From Deltaproteobacteria bacterium (GTDB taxonomy: Bacteria; Desulfobacterota; Syntrophorhabdia; Syntrophorhabdales; Syntrophorhabdaceae), in the NCBI GenBank assembly GCA_022711595.1, contig JAKLET010000014.1, forward strand, positions 60,215-92,214: 32,000 nucleotides of DNA. Direction: 5' to 3'. The position numbers and the translations under genes are program-made. The notes under the pieces are model-generated. The model saw only the letters and a program-made list of their open reading frames with translations. It was not told where the DNA came from and ran no database searches. Shown here piece after piece: positions 15,493 through 24,702 of this stretch. Position 1 is the first letter of the stretch. Each line of letters starts with the position of its first letter.

Positions 15493-16643
15493 ATGCTTTT
15501 GCCCCTTTCCAGGACTATGGCCGCGTTGATCCCTCCAAAGCCGGAGTTGGAGGTGAGACACAGATCGCCGGCAAGAGGCGCCGTTTGCGCGCTCACAAGG
15601 CCTTCAGCGCCCTCTTCGGGGTCCTTGAACCCCGTTGTCGGAGGGACCATTCGCACAGAAAGGGCCTTTGCGGCCAGGGCTACCTCTATGCCCCCGGCCG
15701 CTCCCGTTGTATGTCCTATGCTTCCCTTCACGGAATAAACGGGAATGTCACGTCCGCCGAAGACACGTCTCAAGGCCTTAATTTCCATGAGATCGTTGTA
15801 TGTGGTTCCCGTACCATGGGCGCTTACGGCGAAAATGTCCTCCTGTTTCAGACCCGCACGGGCAAGCGCTTGCCCTATCGCCATGACAAGTCCTTCGCCG
15901 TTCTGGGCAGGGGAGGTTATGTGAAAGGCGTCGTTCGACGCGCCCCAGCCGCGGACAACGGCAATGCAGGACCGTGCGTCCCTTACAGCCCTTTCTTCAC
16001 TCATCATCAGCAGGGCGGCGGCCCCGTCCCCAAGAGTCAGCCCGCTCCTCGACCTGTCAAAAGGACGTGCGGGGAAGGCCGAGACAACTTTCAGGGCGCA
16101 GAAGCCGGAAAAGGTGAATTCCGTGACAACGTCGGCGCAGCAGACGATGACAGCTTCGGCCAAGCCCGAGGCGATCAGGGAAGCCCCCTGGGTGATGGCG
16201 ATGGTCGACGAGGCGCAGGAGGCGCTCACATTTGTTCCTGTGTCCTTGAGGCCCAGTTTCTGCGAAACCATCTCAGGCAGGCAGGAAAGGAGCACGTCCC
16301 CACCGCGCGCGGCCTCTTTCCGCCGGAGCCTCTCCAGGTTGTCGATCCCCATCTTCGTCGTTGCCGTGACAAGCACCGCGTCTGACGGTACCGGACCTAT
16401 CCCCTTGAAGAGGATCTCGACGAGTGAATGGATCAGCGACCTGTCACCCGTTGGCTTGAGACCTTCAACACAGGCAGCCAGACGGGAATAGTACCCTTGC
16501 GGGCAAAAGCGATCGATCTCCCTGATGCCCGTTGCCCCCTTCACCAGACCTTCCCAGGTGTCCCCGAGGTTTTGCCCGAGCGCTGTGACCGCGTTGGCGT
16601 CTACGATCCAGATCTTTTTTATTTCAGTTCCCCTGCTTTCCAT
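15489..16643 (-). CDS. Beta-ketoacyl-ACP synthase I/II
   Basis: 384 aa. The motifs VSASCASSTIAI (Cys), SAHGTGTTYND (His) and GSIGHTTGAAG (His) are present. Confidence 0.9.
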   Translation of the reverse strand: MESRGTEIKKIWIVDANAVTALGQNLGDTWEGLVKGATGIREIDRFCPQGYYSRLAACVEGLKPTGDRSLIHSLVEILFKGIGPVPSDAVLVTATTKMGIDNLERLRRKEAARGGDVLLSCLPEMVSQKLGLKDTGTNVSASCASSTIAITQGASLIASGLAEAVIVCCADVVTEFTFSGFCALKVVSAFPARPFDRSRSGLTLGDGAAALLMMSEERAVRDARSCIAVVRGWGASNDAFHITSPAQNGEGLVMAIGQALARAGLKQEDIFAVSAHGTGTTYNDLMEIKALRRVFGGRDIPVYSVKGSIGHTTGAAGGIEVALAAKALSVRMVPPTTGFKDPEEGAEGLVSAQTAPLAGDLCLTSNSGFGGINAAIVLERGKSI

Positions 16644-17080
16644 TTTTCACGAAATTCCCTGAAAAAGGGCGGCGGTACCAGCAGGAGGTCGTTGTCCTTG
16701 TTCAGGAGCACCTGGACGGTATAGCCCGTCGTTGCCACGATGTCCTCGCTGTCCTTTATGATGAACTCGTAATTGACCCTCGTCGCGTCGGACCAGTGCA
16801 GGATGGCCTCGATGGTGAAGTTTTCCATCAGTCTCAGCGGACGGTAATAATCGAGATGCATCTTTTTGATGGGTGCGACTATACCATTGTTATAGAAATC
16901 GAGATACCCGACACCGTACCTTTCGCCAAGGGCTACCCTGGCGTCCTCGAAATAACCGGGATAGCGGCCGTGCCAGACTATTCCGAGCGGGTCCGTCTCC
17001 TCGAACCTGACCCGTCTTGAAACCTTCGCCCTTAAGGGCTCGGGGTCCGTTGCATTCCTGTTGAAATATGATCTTTGCAT
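16619..17080 (-). CDS. 4HBT/YbgC-type hotdog acyl thioesterase
   Basis: 153 aa. The motif VRFEETDPLGIVWHGRYPGYFE contains the catalytic Asp context of the 4HBT class. Its 3' end overlaps the downstream KS start by 25 nt. Confidence 0.7.
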   Translation of the reverse strand: MQRSYFNRNATDPEPLRAKVSRRVRFEETDPLGIVWHGRYPGYFEDARVALGERYGVGYLDFYNNGIVAPIKKMHLDYYRPLRLMENFTIEAILHWSDATRVNYEFIIKDSEDIVATTGYTVQVLLNKDNDLLLVPPPFFREFREKWKAGELK

Positions 17081-17096
17081 GTTCTTTCAAACCCCT

Positions 17097-17480
17097 TCAG
17101 ATGGTTTTTACAAAAAAAGATGCCGCAAGTCCTCCCGCGGCGGTGATCCTGGCCTCAAAGGCGCCGGCGTTTCCCTGGCCGAGCTGTCTGCACTGGACAG
17201 ATATCTCCTGACCGGGATGTATCTCCATGCGGAATTTGGCCCTTTCCATGGACAAGAGATCATGGGAGCGTCCCTTCCATTCATCCAGGACAATCAGCGT
17301 CATCATCACCTGGGCAAAAGCGGGCAGGATCGGGTGTCCCGGAAAATGGCCGGAAAAGCCGATAAAGTCGGCAGGGAAAATGTATCGCCTCGAGACCTTC
17401 GTGGGCTCCGTTTCCACGATGGGCCCGATGGCGCATTTTATGATCTCTTCCTTGAGTCTGTTCATTGCCATTGAGATCAT
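17097..17480 (-). CDS. FabZ/FabA-like hotdog 3-hydroxyacyl-ACP dehydratase
   Basis: 127 aa from ATG 17480, which has an ATGA overlap with the MMPL stop. The motif FSGHFPGHPILPAFAQV is present. The 146-aa ORF is an upstream extension. Confidence 0.75.
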   Translation of the reverse strand: MISMAMNRLKEEIIKCAIGPIVETEPTKVSRRYIFPADFIGFSGHFPGHPILPAFAQVMMTLIVLDEWKGRSHDLLSMERAKFRMEIHPGQEISVQCRQLGQGNAGAFEARITAAGGLAASFFVKTI

Positions 17481-19855
17481 GCCTTTTTTCTGTAAAGCGC
17501 CGGGACCACCAGCAGGGCCGAGGGGATCACGCCGCACAGGCCCAGAAGGACCGTTATCCCGATGGAACTTAAGGCCGGGTGATGCGCCAGGGCCAGTGCG
17601 CCGATGCCCACAAAACTTGTCAGGCCGCCGAGGAGGATGCCCAGATTGGCGGTATGCTCGTAGCCTTCGGTGATGTTGCAGACCATGAATATCCCGAGAT
17701 CGACACCGAGCCCGATGACGAGTATGGTGGCAACGATGTTGAAGATATTGAACTGAACGCCCAGGGCTCCCATGGTGCCGAGCATAAAAACAAGCCCCGT
17801 CGCAACAGGCACGAGCGCGAGGAGGATCTTTTGCAGGTTGCGAAAGAGGAGGCTTACCGACACGATGATGACAAGCAGTGCGAAGACGATATAGCGGGAG
17901 AAATTGCCGACGAGGGCCTTGCCGATGATCTCCCTGAAGCGGCCCTGCGACACGAGGCGCACCCCCTGTGGTCCGTTCCCGTCATTGCTGAAGAGATCGA
18001 CGTTGGCTTTCGTGTCGGGGATGAGCGTCAGGGTCTGGACACTGCCGTTGCCTTTCACGATCATTGAATCCATGAGGTCCGCGAAACCGGTCTCCTTCAT
18101 ACCGCTTTCCGTGACGGGGCCGGGCTGCTTTGCGAGCATGTCAAAGAACGGCAGGAAGGCGCCCGCCGAGAAACCGAGCTTTCCGCCCTCTTCCGACAGG
18201 AGCTTTTGCGCCAGCCGCCCGTTGCCACCGGACCAGAAATCCGCCCATCGCTTTGCGTTAGCCCGCTGCGTCGCCGATGAAGGGAATAATGGCGCCAGGC
18301 TGATGATCTGCGCCGCAGGGAGCTTTTCCGAAAGATAGGCAAAGAGGGAGTCATTGGCAAAAAGCGATGCCTCCAGGTCCTTACCCTCGGCAAAAAGGAT
18401 CGCGCTGTCCCTGAAGTTGCCCCACGTTTTCGACATGTGCCGCTCGGATCTTTGGAGCTCTTCGGGTACGAAGTTCATGGCCTTGAGATCGCCGTTGAAG
18501 TCGAGCCGCCCCGCCTGCCACAGGCACACTGCCATGACTGCGAGCCAGCAAAGGAGCACTCCCTTGCGCGGCAGGCTGAAGGTGCGCGCCGGATGCGCGC
18601 CGACGTAACGCTTCCTGCCGGGGAGCGAATGGACGAGGTGAGGAAGCACGACAAGGGAGAAAACAAGGGACACGGCGACCCCGATCATCGAAAAGACCGC
18701 AAGCTGACGCTGTCCAGGCAGCGTGGAGAGGAGCATGACGCCGAATGTGGCGATGGTGGTGAGCCCGCCGAACATCACGGGATGGGCGACCTCCCTTGTT
18801 ACCGGGGCGGGATCGCGCTCTTTGCTGCACAGGGCGAAATAGACAAGTATGGGGTAATCATCGGATATCCCCAGGAGCACGGCGCCGAAAGCCATTGTCA
18901 CTGCCGAGACACTGTCATAGATAAGAAGCGTTCCCGCCGTTGCAAGGCACAGCACCGAAGAGGGGACGAGAAAAACGAGTATGCCCTTCCAACTCCTTAA
19001 AAAAGCCATTATCAAAAGGAAGATGGCAACGGACGCGCAGGTCAGGATTACATAGAGGTCTTTCTTGATCGTCCCAGCGTTGGCCGCGGTGTATGCATGG
19101 CCGCTCACGAAGGACGCTTCGATCTTGGGGGGGACCACCTTTTTTATGAGGTCTTTAAGGTGTGTCACCAGTTCATCGGAGCCTTTTGAATCGGTTATCT
19201 TCACCGGCGTTTTTGCTATCACGAGAGCGCTGCTCCCGTCGGCGCTTATGAAATGGTTGTTGTACAGGGCCATCCCGGGGATGACGTTGAGATGACGGAG
19301 TTTTTCAAGGACTCCGCTGCGCATATCAAGGGGATCGGCCTGCAGAAGGGGCTTCATGAACCATCCCTCGGGTAATGTCAACTGTTTATACACATTTTGC
19401 AGACGGGAGCGGACCTCTTCCGGTGTGAGTGCCTTTTGCGCCGCCGCCATGTCCCTGGCGGTGAATGTGTTCGGGAGGGTGTTCATGAGCCATTGCGGGA
19501 GCCGCTCGTCAGACGCAATGGCCGGCCCGGCCACGGCGCGGGTGAAATAAGGCGGTGTCATGGCACGGCTCAACATATCCGCCGCGTCGGTGAGCTCTTT
19601 CTTTCCTGTCCCCGGATCTCCCTTGAGGCTGACCAGGACCTTGTCAGAAAAGGGCGCCTTCTGAAGCAGCGCGAAGTCTTTCGCGGCCTCGCTGCGGTCA
19701 TCGGGCAAAAGAGGCTTTATGTCCTCGTTCATCCTGATGTTCCTCAGGATGAAGGCGGCAAGGATGATGACGGCGAAGGTGGCGCAGTAGAGCAGAGGCC
19801 TTCGGCGTGCAAGATGACTGTAAAGTGATGAAAAAACAGAGAAAAAGGAATTCAT
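17477..19855 (-). CDS. MMPL/RND-superfamily lipid exporter
   Basis: 792 aa from ATG 19855, which lies 2 nt after the LolA-like stop. There are two blocks of multiple hydrophobic helices separated by large soluble loops. The N-terminus is MNSFFSVFSSLYSHLARRRPLLYCATFAVIILAAF. The 871-aa ORF extension is Arg-rich read-through of the upstream gene. Confidence 0.8.
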   Translation of the reverse strand: MNSFFSVFSSLYSHLARRRPLLYCATFAVIILAAFILRNIRMNEDIKPLLPDDRSEAAKDFALLQKAPFSDKVLVSLKGDPGTGKKELTDAADMLSRAMTPPYFTRAVAGPAIASDERLPQWLMNTLPNTFTARDMAAAQKALTPEEVRSRLQNVYKQLTLPEGWFMKPLLQADPLDMRSGVLEKLRHLNVIPGMALYNNHFISADGSSALVIAKTPVKITDSKGSDELVTHLKDLIKKVVPPKIEASFVSGHAYTAANAGTIKKDLYVILTCASVAIFLLIMAFLRSWKGILVFLVPSSVLCLATAGTLLIYDSVSAVTMAFGAVLLGISDDYPILVYFALCSKERDPAPVTREVAHPVMFGGLTTIATFGVMLLSTLPGQRQLAVFSMIGVAVSLVFSLVVLPHLVHSLPGRKRYVGAHPARTFSLPRKGVLLCWLAVMAVCLWQAGRLDFNGDLKAMNFVPEELQRSERHMSKTWGNFRDSAILFAEGKDLEASLFANDSLFAYLSEKLPAAQIISLAPLFPSSATQRANAKRWADFWSGGNGRLAQKLLSEEGGKLGFSAGAFLPFFDMLAKQPGPVTESGMKETGFADLMDSMIVKGNGSVQTLTLIPDTKANVDLFSNDGNGPQGVRLVSQGRFREIIGKALVGNFSRYIVFALLVIIVSVSLLFRNLQKILLALVPVATGLVFMLGTMGALGVQFNIFNIVATILVIGLGVDLGIFMVCNITEGYEHTANLGILLGGLTSFVGIGALALAHHPALSSIGITVLLGLCGVIPSALLVVPALYRKKA

Positions 19856-19857
19856 GA

Positions 19858-20511
19858 TCAGTCGAACAGGCCCTTTTGCAGTTGACTGTTCATGATCATG
19901 CCGGAAAAGACGATCCTTGTGGAATCGCCGCTTTTTTCCGCGATGTCGACGTTGTGGACATAGTTCGTCCCGGCCTCGAAGGATATGCGGATGTGGTCGA
20001 CGTATCGCCTCTCTTTTGAGTCGTTCGGGACGAGTTTCAGCGCGATGGGTTCGTCTTTGAGGACGGTGACGTTGTAACGCTGCTCGATCCATTTGAGGTC
20101 TGCCGAGGACCAGGCAAATATCTGGTCCACGATGAGCCTGATGACGGGGTTCTGCCTGGCATCAAAGGCATCCGGTACGCCTTCTTTGCCCTTCCATTGT
20201 TTCGCTGTGACGCCGTTTACCAGGAAACCGGAAGGTTCAGGGCTTATAAGTTCCCAGCGGAGCTTGTCGGGTTTCTCGCAGTAAAAACGGCCCGTGGAGA
20301 CGACAGGTTCCTTGAGCATGGAAAGCCGCCTTTCCTGGCGGAATGAACCTGAAATGGTCTTTATATCGGAAACGGTTTTCGATATCCGCTCAAAGATCAG
20401 GGCCTTACGCCCACTGCCCGGCCTGCTCCCGGCACCGGCCTCTTCACAGAGGACTGCGGGAGGGCCGGCAAGCATACAACACAGCAGCAACATGAGAATA
20501 GCTTTTTTCAT
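19858..20511 (-). CDS. LolA-like outer-membrane lipoprotein/lipid carrier protein
   Basis: 217 aa from ATG 20511, which has a TAATG overlap with the upstream stop. A signal peptide (MKKAILMLLLCCMLAGPPAVLC) is present. The LolA-type motif is GSFRQERRLSMLKEPVVSTGRFYCEKPDKLRWEL. Confidence 0.7.
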   Translation of the reverse strand: MKKAILMLLLCCMLAGPPAVLCEEAGAGSRPGSGRKALIFERISKTVSDIKTISGSFRQERRLSMLKEPVVSTGRFYCEKPDKLRWELISPEPSGFLVNGVTAKQWKGKEGVPDAFDARQNPVIRLIVDQIFAWSSADLKWIEQRYNVTVLKDEPIALKLVPNDSKERRYVDHIRISFEAGTNYVHNVDIAEKSGDSTRIVFSGMIMNSQLQKGLFD

Positions 20512-20954
20512 TATGAGATCCACACTGTTATATTTCCTTCGGCGAGCGCCTTGCCGCCCTTCATGACAATCCCGTCGGCGATGTTGAAATCGCCTACCTC
20601 TGCTGTGGTCGTCACTTTGATCCTGAGGAGGTCTCCGGCTGAAGCCTCACCTTTTATCTCTATTGATTTGGCGGCAACGAGAAAGCCCTTTTTTATATCT
20701 TTCCCGCCGAGCAGATCGGAGTATCCCCTCACTGCCGCATAGGACTGCGCTATCAACTCTATAAAAGTGATCCGGTCAAGCACCCCGTCCATGCCGACAA
20801 CAAGGTCATCAGGTTTTATGACCGTTTCCACGACACCGCTGTTGCCGCCAAATTCCACAAGGCGGTCAACGAGGCACATGGGCCGGCGATGGGGCAGGAG
20901 CATTTCAACCGATACCGGCAGTACAAGGTCTTCTTTTGTCAGCTTGCGGTTCAT
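20511..20954 (-). CDS. Hotdog-fold dehydratase (ApeI/FabZ-like)
   Basis: 147 aa. The N-terminal motif LLPHRRPMCLVDRLVE is typical of cluster-associated 3-hydroxyacyl-ACP dehydratases. Confidence 0.7.
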   Translation of the reverse strand: MNRKLTKEDLVLPVSVEMLLPHRRPMCLVDRLVEFGGNSGVVETVIKPDDLVVGMDGVLDRITFIELIAQSYAAVRGYSDLLGGKDIKKGFLVAAKSIEIKGEASAGDLLRIKVTTTAEVGDFNIADGIVMKGGKALAEGNITVWIS

Positions 20955-20967
20955 GACTGCCGGAGTG

Positions 20968-21738
20968 CTATTGCTGCGCCGGGCCCTCCTTCGTTCTGTC
21001 GAGATGTTTTTTTATCATGCCCCTTACATGCTTGCGCATGCTGATGTGCGCCGTGTTACCGTCTGAGGCGAAGTCACCTGGAAAGACAGGGTCAAGGGCG
21101 CTGAGGCAAACGGTGGCAGGCTTCATCCACCAGCGGCCGGGCGGCAGGAGTGTGTCGGTGCCGGTAATACAAAGCGGCAATACGGGGACGCCCGTTTCGA
21201 CGGCCAGCTTGAAAGGGCCTGTATAGAAGCGCTTGACCTGTCCGTCACCGCTGCGGTGACCTTCGGGGAAGAACAGTACGGCCCCTTTTCCGGAGAAGAG
21301 TTTGTTGCACTCTTTAAGGGTCCCTTCCCATCCGATGGCCTCCACGTCAAGATAGCCGGCGAGGCGCATGAACGGCCTGTACCAGAATAGTATTTTAAAA
21401 GGCCATGAGCGCACCGCGAAAGTGACGTCGTTAACAGGGAGCAGTGCCATGCAATAGGTGTCGAAAAAAGAGAAATGGTTGACGACGATGATACAGGGAA
21501 GACCGACACCACCCTTTTTCAGCCCCTCCCTTTTGAACCTTACGAAGGGGGTCATGACGATCATCCAGGCCCTGCCATAGACCCATACGAAGAAACGCAT
21601 CACCCTGCCGTTGTCCCACCGTGTGGCCAGCTTTCCCCCCGTGAAACACAGGGGGAACAGGACAATCCCCAGGACCGTCATGAATACAATGACGGGGTAC
21701 ATGACCAGGTTCATGAGGACAATGACGGGGAAAAGCAT
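20968..21738 (-). CDS. PlsC-family 1-acyl-sn-glycerol-3-phosphate/lysophospholipid acyltransferase
   Basis: 256 aa. N-terminal TM helices are followed by the HX4D motif VVNHFSFFDT and an FPEGHRSGDG block. Confidence 0.8.
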   Translation of the reverse strand: MLFPVIVLMNLVMYPVIVFMTVLGIVLFPLCFTGGKLATRWDNGRVMRFFVWVYGRAWMIVMTPFVRFKREGLKKGGVGLPCIIVVNHFSFFDTYCMALLPVNDVTFAVRSWPFKILFWYRPFMRLAGYLDVEAIGWEGTLKECNKLFSGKGAVLFFPEGHRSGDGQVKRFYTGPFKLAVETGVPVLPLCITGTDTLLPPGRWWMKPATVCLSALDPVFPGDFASDGNTAHISMRKHVRGMIKKHLDRTKEGPAQQ

Positions 21739-21744
21739 TATGGT

Positions 21745-21999
21745 CTACTGCATTTCATGTTTTTTGCCTATAACGAAATTGTGTATATCACCCAGTGTGC
21801 GGATGGCCCGGATGGTTTCTTCCTCGCTCATCTTGAAGTTGAAGGCTTTTTCGAGCACGATCACCATGTCAACCCTGTCAAGGCTGTCAAGGCCGAGGTC
21901 GTCCTTCAGGACGGCACCGGGGATCATATCATCGATGTTGAGTTCAAATTCGTTGGCGAGCGTGTTATCAATGAGCTCGATAATTTCCTGATCAGTCAT
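21745..21999 (-). CDS. Acyl carrier protein
   Basis: 84 aa. It carries the motif DLGLDSLDRVDMVIVLE. Confidence 0.9.
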   Translation of the reverse strand: MTDQEIIELIDNTLANEFELNIDDMIPGAVLKDDLGLDSLDRVDMVIVLEKAFNFKMSEEETIRAIRTLGDIHNFVIGKKHEMQ

Positions 22000-23227
22000 G
22001 CTCGTACCTCCTTATGACAATAGATGTGTTTACGCCACCCAGGGCAAAGTTGTTCTTCATAACGGCCCCTATGTCCAGCCTTTCAACTTTTCGGACATGC
22101 CTGATGCCCGCGCATGACGGGTCTATGTTCTCCATATTGAGCGTGGGGATCACCGATCCGCTGCGGATCATTGCGACGGAGGCGATCATTTCGAGGGCGC
22201 CGCAGGCGGCCATTGTGTGGCCCAGGTGTCCTTTCAGGCTGCTGACCGGTACGCTGCTGCCGAAGACCCTTCCGATCGCCTCGGCTTCCGCGTTGTCGCC
22301 CTGTATGGTGCCTGTCGCGTGGGCGTTCACGTGACCGATGTCCCCGGCGGTCATGCCGGCGTCATCCAGCGCCTGTTTCATACAGGCCTCCATGGAATCG
22401 CTGTTGGGATCGGCGATGTTCGATGTATCGCAGCGCGTGGCAAAACCGGCTATCTCGGCAAGGATGGGAGCGCCCCGTCTTTTTGCCGAATCCAGCGATT
22501 CCAGGAGCAGTATGCCGCTGCCCTCGGAGCAGACAACGCCATCCCTGTCGCGATCGAATGGCCGGGGTGTACGGCCGGGGGTGTCGTTGTAAGCGATGGA
22601 GGCCGCGCTCATGATGTCGAAGGTGGCCGGGCTCAAAGGATGGAACTCGTCCGCGCCCCCGCAGAGCATCATGTCCTGCTTGCCGAAGGCGATCATCTCG
22701 AAGCCGTACCCGATCGCTTGGCAGGACGTGGAACATGCCGAGGAAGGGGCCAGGATCCGGCCGTTGATGCCGAGAGTCTGGGCCACGTTCGAGGCACAGG
22801 AGTGGTTCATGATCTGGAAGAAGGTGGTGGCCCTCATATTTTCGATGCTATGGCCGGAGAGATAGCCGGAGAAGAATTCCTCCGTTACAATAGGGCTTCC
22901 GACAGTGGAACCTATGATGATGCCCATCCTCCCGGCGGTGAAGTGCTCCGCGGGGGGATCGCTTTGGCCCAGAGCTTCCTTGCATGCCAGCGTGGCGTAT
23001 ACGGACATCATCGACATGGACCTCCTGTGTTTCCGGAGTATCTCTTTCGGGTCGATATCGGGGACAAGCGCCGCCACCCTGGTCCTGAGCCCGCCGACGG
23101 CCGCGAGCTCGGGGACATTGACCACAGCGCTCTTCATATTGAAAAGGGAATCAACGAGCGTATTCACACCCCGCCCGAAGGGCGATATGGAACCCATACC
23201 GGTTATTACTACCCTTGCGGCCTGCAT
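21992..23227 (-). CDS. Beta-ketoacyl-ACP synthase I/II
   Basis: 411 aa. The motifs PSSACSTSCQAIG (Cys), NAHATGTIQGD (His) and GHLGHTMAACG (His) are present. Confidence 0.9.
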   Translation of the reverse strand: MQAARVVITGMGSISPFGRGVNTLVDSLFNMKSAVVNVPELAAVGGLRTRVAALVPDIDPKEILRKHRRSMSMMSVYATLACKEALGQSDPPAEHFTAGRMGIIIGSTVGSPIVTEEFFSGYLSGHSIENMRATTFFQIMNHSCASNVAQTLGINGRILAPSSACSTSCQAIGYGFEMIAFGKQDMMLCGGADEFHPLSPATFDIMSAASIAYNDTPGRTPRPFDRDRDGVVCSEGSGILLLESLDSAKRRGAPILAEIAGFATRCDTSNIADPNSDSMEACMKQALDDAGMTAGDIGHVNAHATGTIQGDNAEAEAIGRVFGSSVPVSSLKGHLGHTMAACGALEMIASVAMIRSGSVIPTLNMENIDPSCAGIRHVRKVERLDIGAVMKNNFALGGVNTSIVIRRYEHD

Positions 23228-24702
23228 TCCTTCAGTTCCTCCCTGAGATGCTCGCGCCCGAAGATGTTCTCACAAACGATGAATCCTGACATGACGGCGC
23301 CCATTATACCGGGTGCAGTTACGGCCTGGCCGGCAAGGTAGAGCCCTTTCAACCTGGTGACGGGCATCGGGTTGTACTGCCCCGTCCTGTGCTTTACCCC
23401 GTATATGCTGCCGTAGGGACTGCCCGTGTAGTCCCTTAGTGTGAGCGGCGTCGCACATTCCACAGCGGTGATCGTGCCGGCTATTTCAGGACATGATGCC
23501 TCTATATGGCTGCAGATCTTTTCGGTCATCTCATTTTTAAAGATCTTGTAATCCACGGGGCGTCTTCCTGTTACGGAGTCCGCCCAGCGCTGCGTTTTTG
23601 CGTTCGACATGGGACAGATGGCAATGAACCCATGTTTTCCGGACCCATTGCTACCGCGTGCGGCGGTTATGTAAAGGGGTCTTTCTTCCACTGGCAGGTC
23701 ATTATGGAAGAAAGAGAAATCGGGCCGCGGGAATATGAAAAGATTGGATCCCTGAAGGCGCTCGACAGGTCTTGTGCATTCAGCGAAGAGTATGCAGGCG
23801 GAAGATGTGTCTTCAAGATCCTGAAGGCGTTTCACGTATGCCGGCCGCAGGAGCTTATCGGGAACCATCTCAAGCAGCATGTGCGGATGGACTGTGGAGA
23901 CGCAGCCGCCGCATTCAAGTGTGGTGCCGTCATTGAGTGCGACACCGTTGACGGCCCCGCCCGGGGCGGCAAGGATATTTTTCGCCCCCTGTCCGCAATA
24001 TATACTGACCCCCGCTTTTTCAAGCGCGTCTTCAAAGGCCTTCGCGAGACTTTGCCCTCCGCCCTTGATGCCGCTTGCCGATTCATAATATGAACCAGCT
24101 ATGCATGCATGATGCGCGAAAAGGGTCTCTCCCGGCGACACTCCGTAGAGGAAGCAGTGCATGGAAAGGACGCATTTGAGGATGCTGTTGCCCGTCAGCC
24201 TGCCCAGGAATTCTTCAAGGCTCGGTCCGTGCACGCTCGAAAACGCCTCAGGCCCGGCCTGCCCGTCAAGGTTCACATAAGGGAGCGAGCAGTATATCTT
24301 CCGGACGGTGCCCAGGTAGTCGTCGACGGCCTCTTTATCGCCGGGGAAGGTGTTGTGAAAGGCCCCTGCGAGACTTTCATACCCGTAAGGCTGATGGAAC
24401 TCGAATGAGGGGTCGAGGCAGCACATGATATCGAAGCCCTCTTTCTTGAAGGGATAGGTCTCGATACCGTCGGAGAGCCCGAGGTACCTGAAGAAGATGT
24501 CCAGCGGTTCCCCCACCCCGAGGGCGCCGGTATAATGGAAACCTGTATCAAAAAAAAGTCCCCTTCTCGTGAAACCCCTGACGGTCGGGGCCACACGTTT
24601 CGAACGCTCCACAAGGGCCGTCCGGCAGCCGTGTTTTGCCAGTATCAGGGCCGTTGTAATGCCCGATACGCCGCCGCCTATGACCACGTAATCGTATTTC
24701 AT
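23209..24702 (-). CDS. FAD-dependent oxidoreductase, phytoene desaturase (CrtI)-like family, second copy
   Basis: 497 aa. The N-terminal motif is YDYVVIGGGVSGITTALILAKHGCRTALVE. It has an ATGA-type 4-nt overlap with the upstream KS and a 19-nt overlap with the downstream KS. Confidence 0.7.
   Translation of the reverse strand: MKYDYVVIGGGVSGITTALILAKHGCRTALVERSKRVAPTVRGFTRRGLFFDTGFHYTGALGVGEPLDIFFRYLGLSDGIETYPFKKEGFDIMCCLDPSFEFHQPYGYESLAGAFHNTFPGDKEAVDDYLGTVRKIYCSLPYVNLDGQAGPEAFSSVHGPSLEEFLGRLTGNSILKCVLSMHCFLYGVSPGETLFAHHACIAGSYYESASGIKGGGQSLAKAFEDALEKAGVSIYCGQGAKNILAAPGGAVNGVALNDGTTLECGGCVSTVHPHMLLEMVPDKLLRPAYVKRLQDLEDTSSACILFAECTRPVERLQGSNLFIFPRPDFSFFHNDLPVEERPLYITAARGSNGSGKHGFIAICPMSNAKTQRWADSVTGRRPVDYKIFKNEMTEKICSHIEASCPEIAGTITAVECATPLTLRDYTGSPYGSIYGVKHRTGQYNPMPVTRLKGLYLAGQAVTAPGIMGAVMSGFIVCENIFGREHLREELKECRPQG

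Noticed and set aside
17477-20092. Long N-terminal extensions of several ORFs: 871-aa MMPL, 146-aa dehydratase, 221-aa LolA-like, 261-aa KS-like, 336-aa deacetylase and 419-aa GT
   Set aside because: The extensions overlap the upstream gene or a repeat array and are compositionally aberrant (Arg-rich). Each contains an internal ATG positioned exactly at or next to the upstream stop codon, and those internal starts were used instead.
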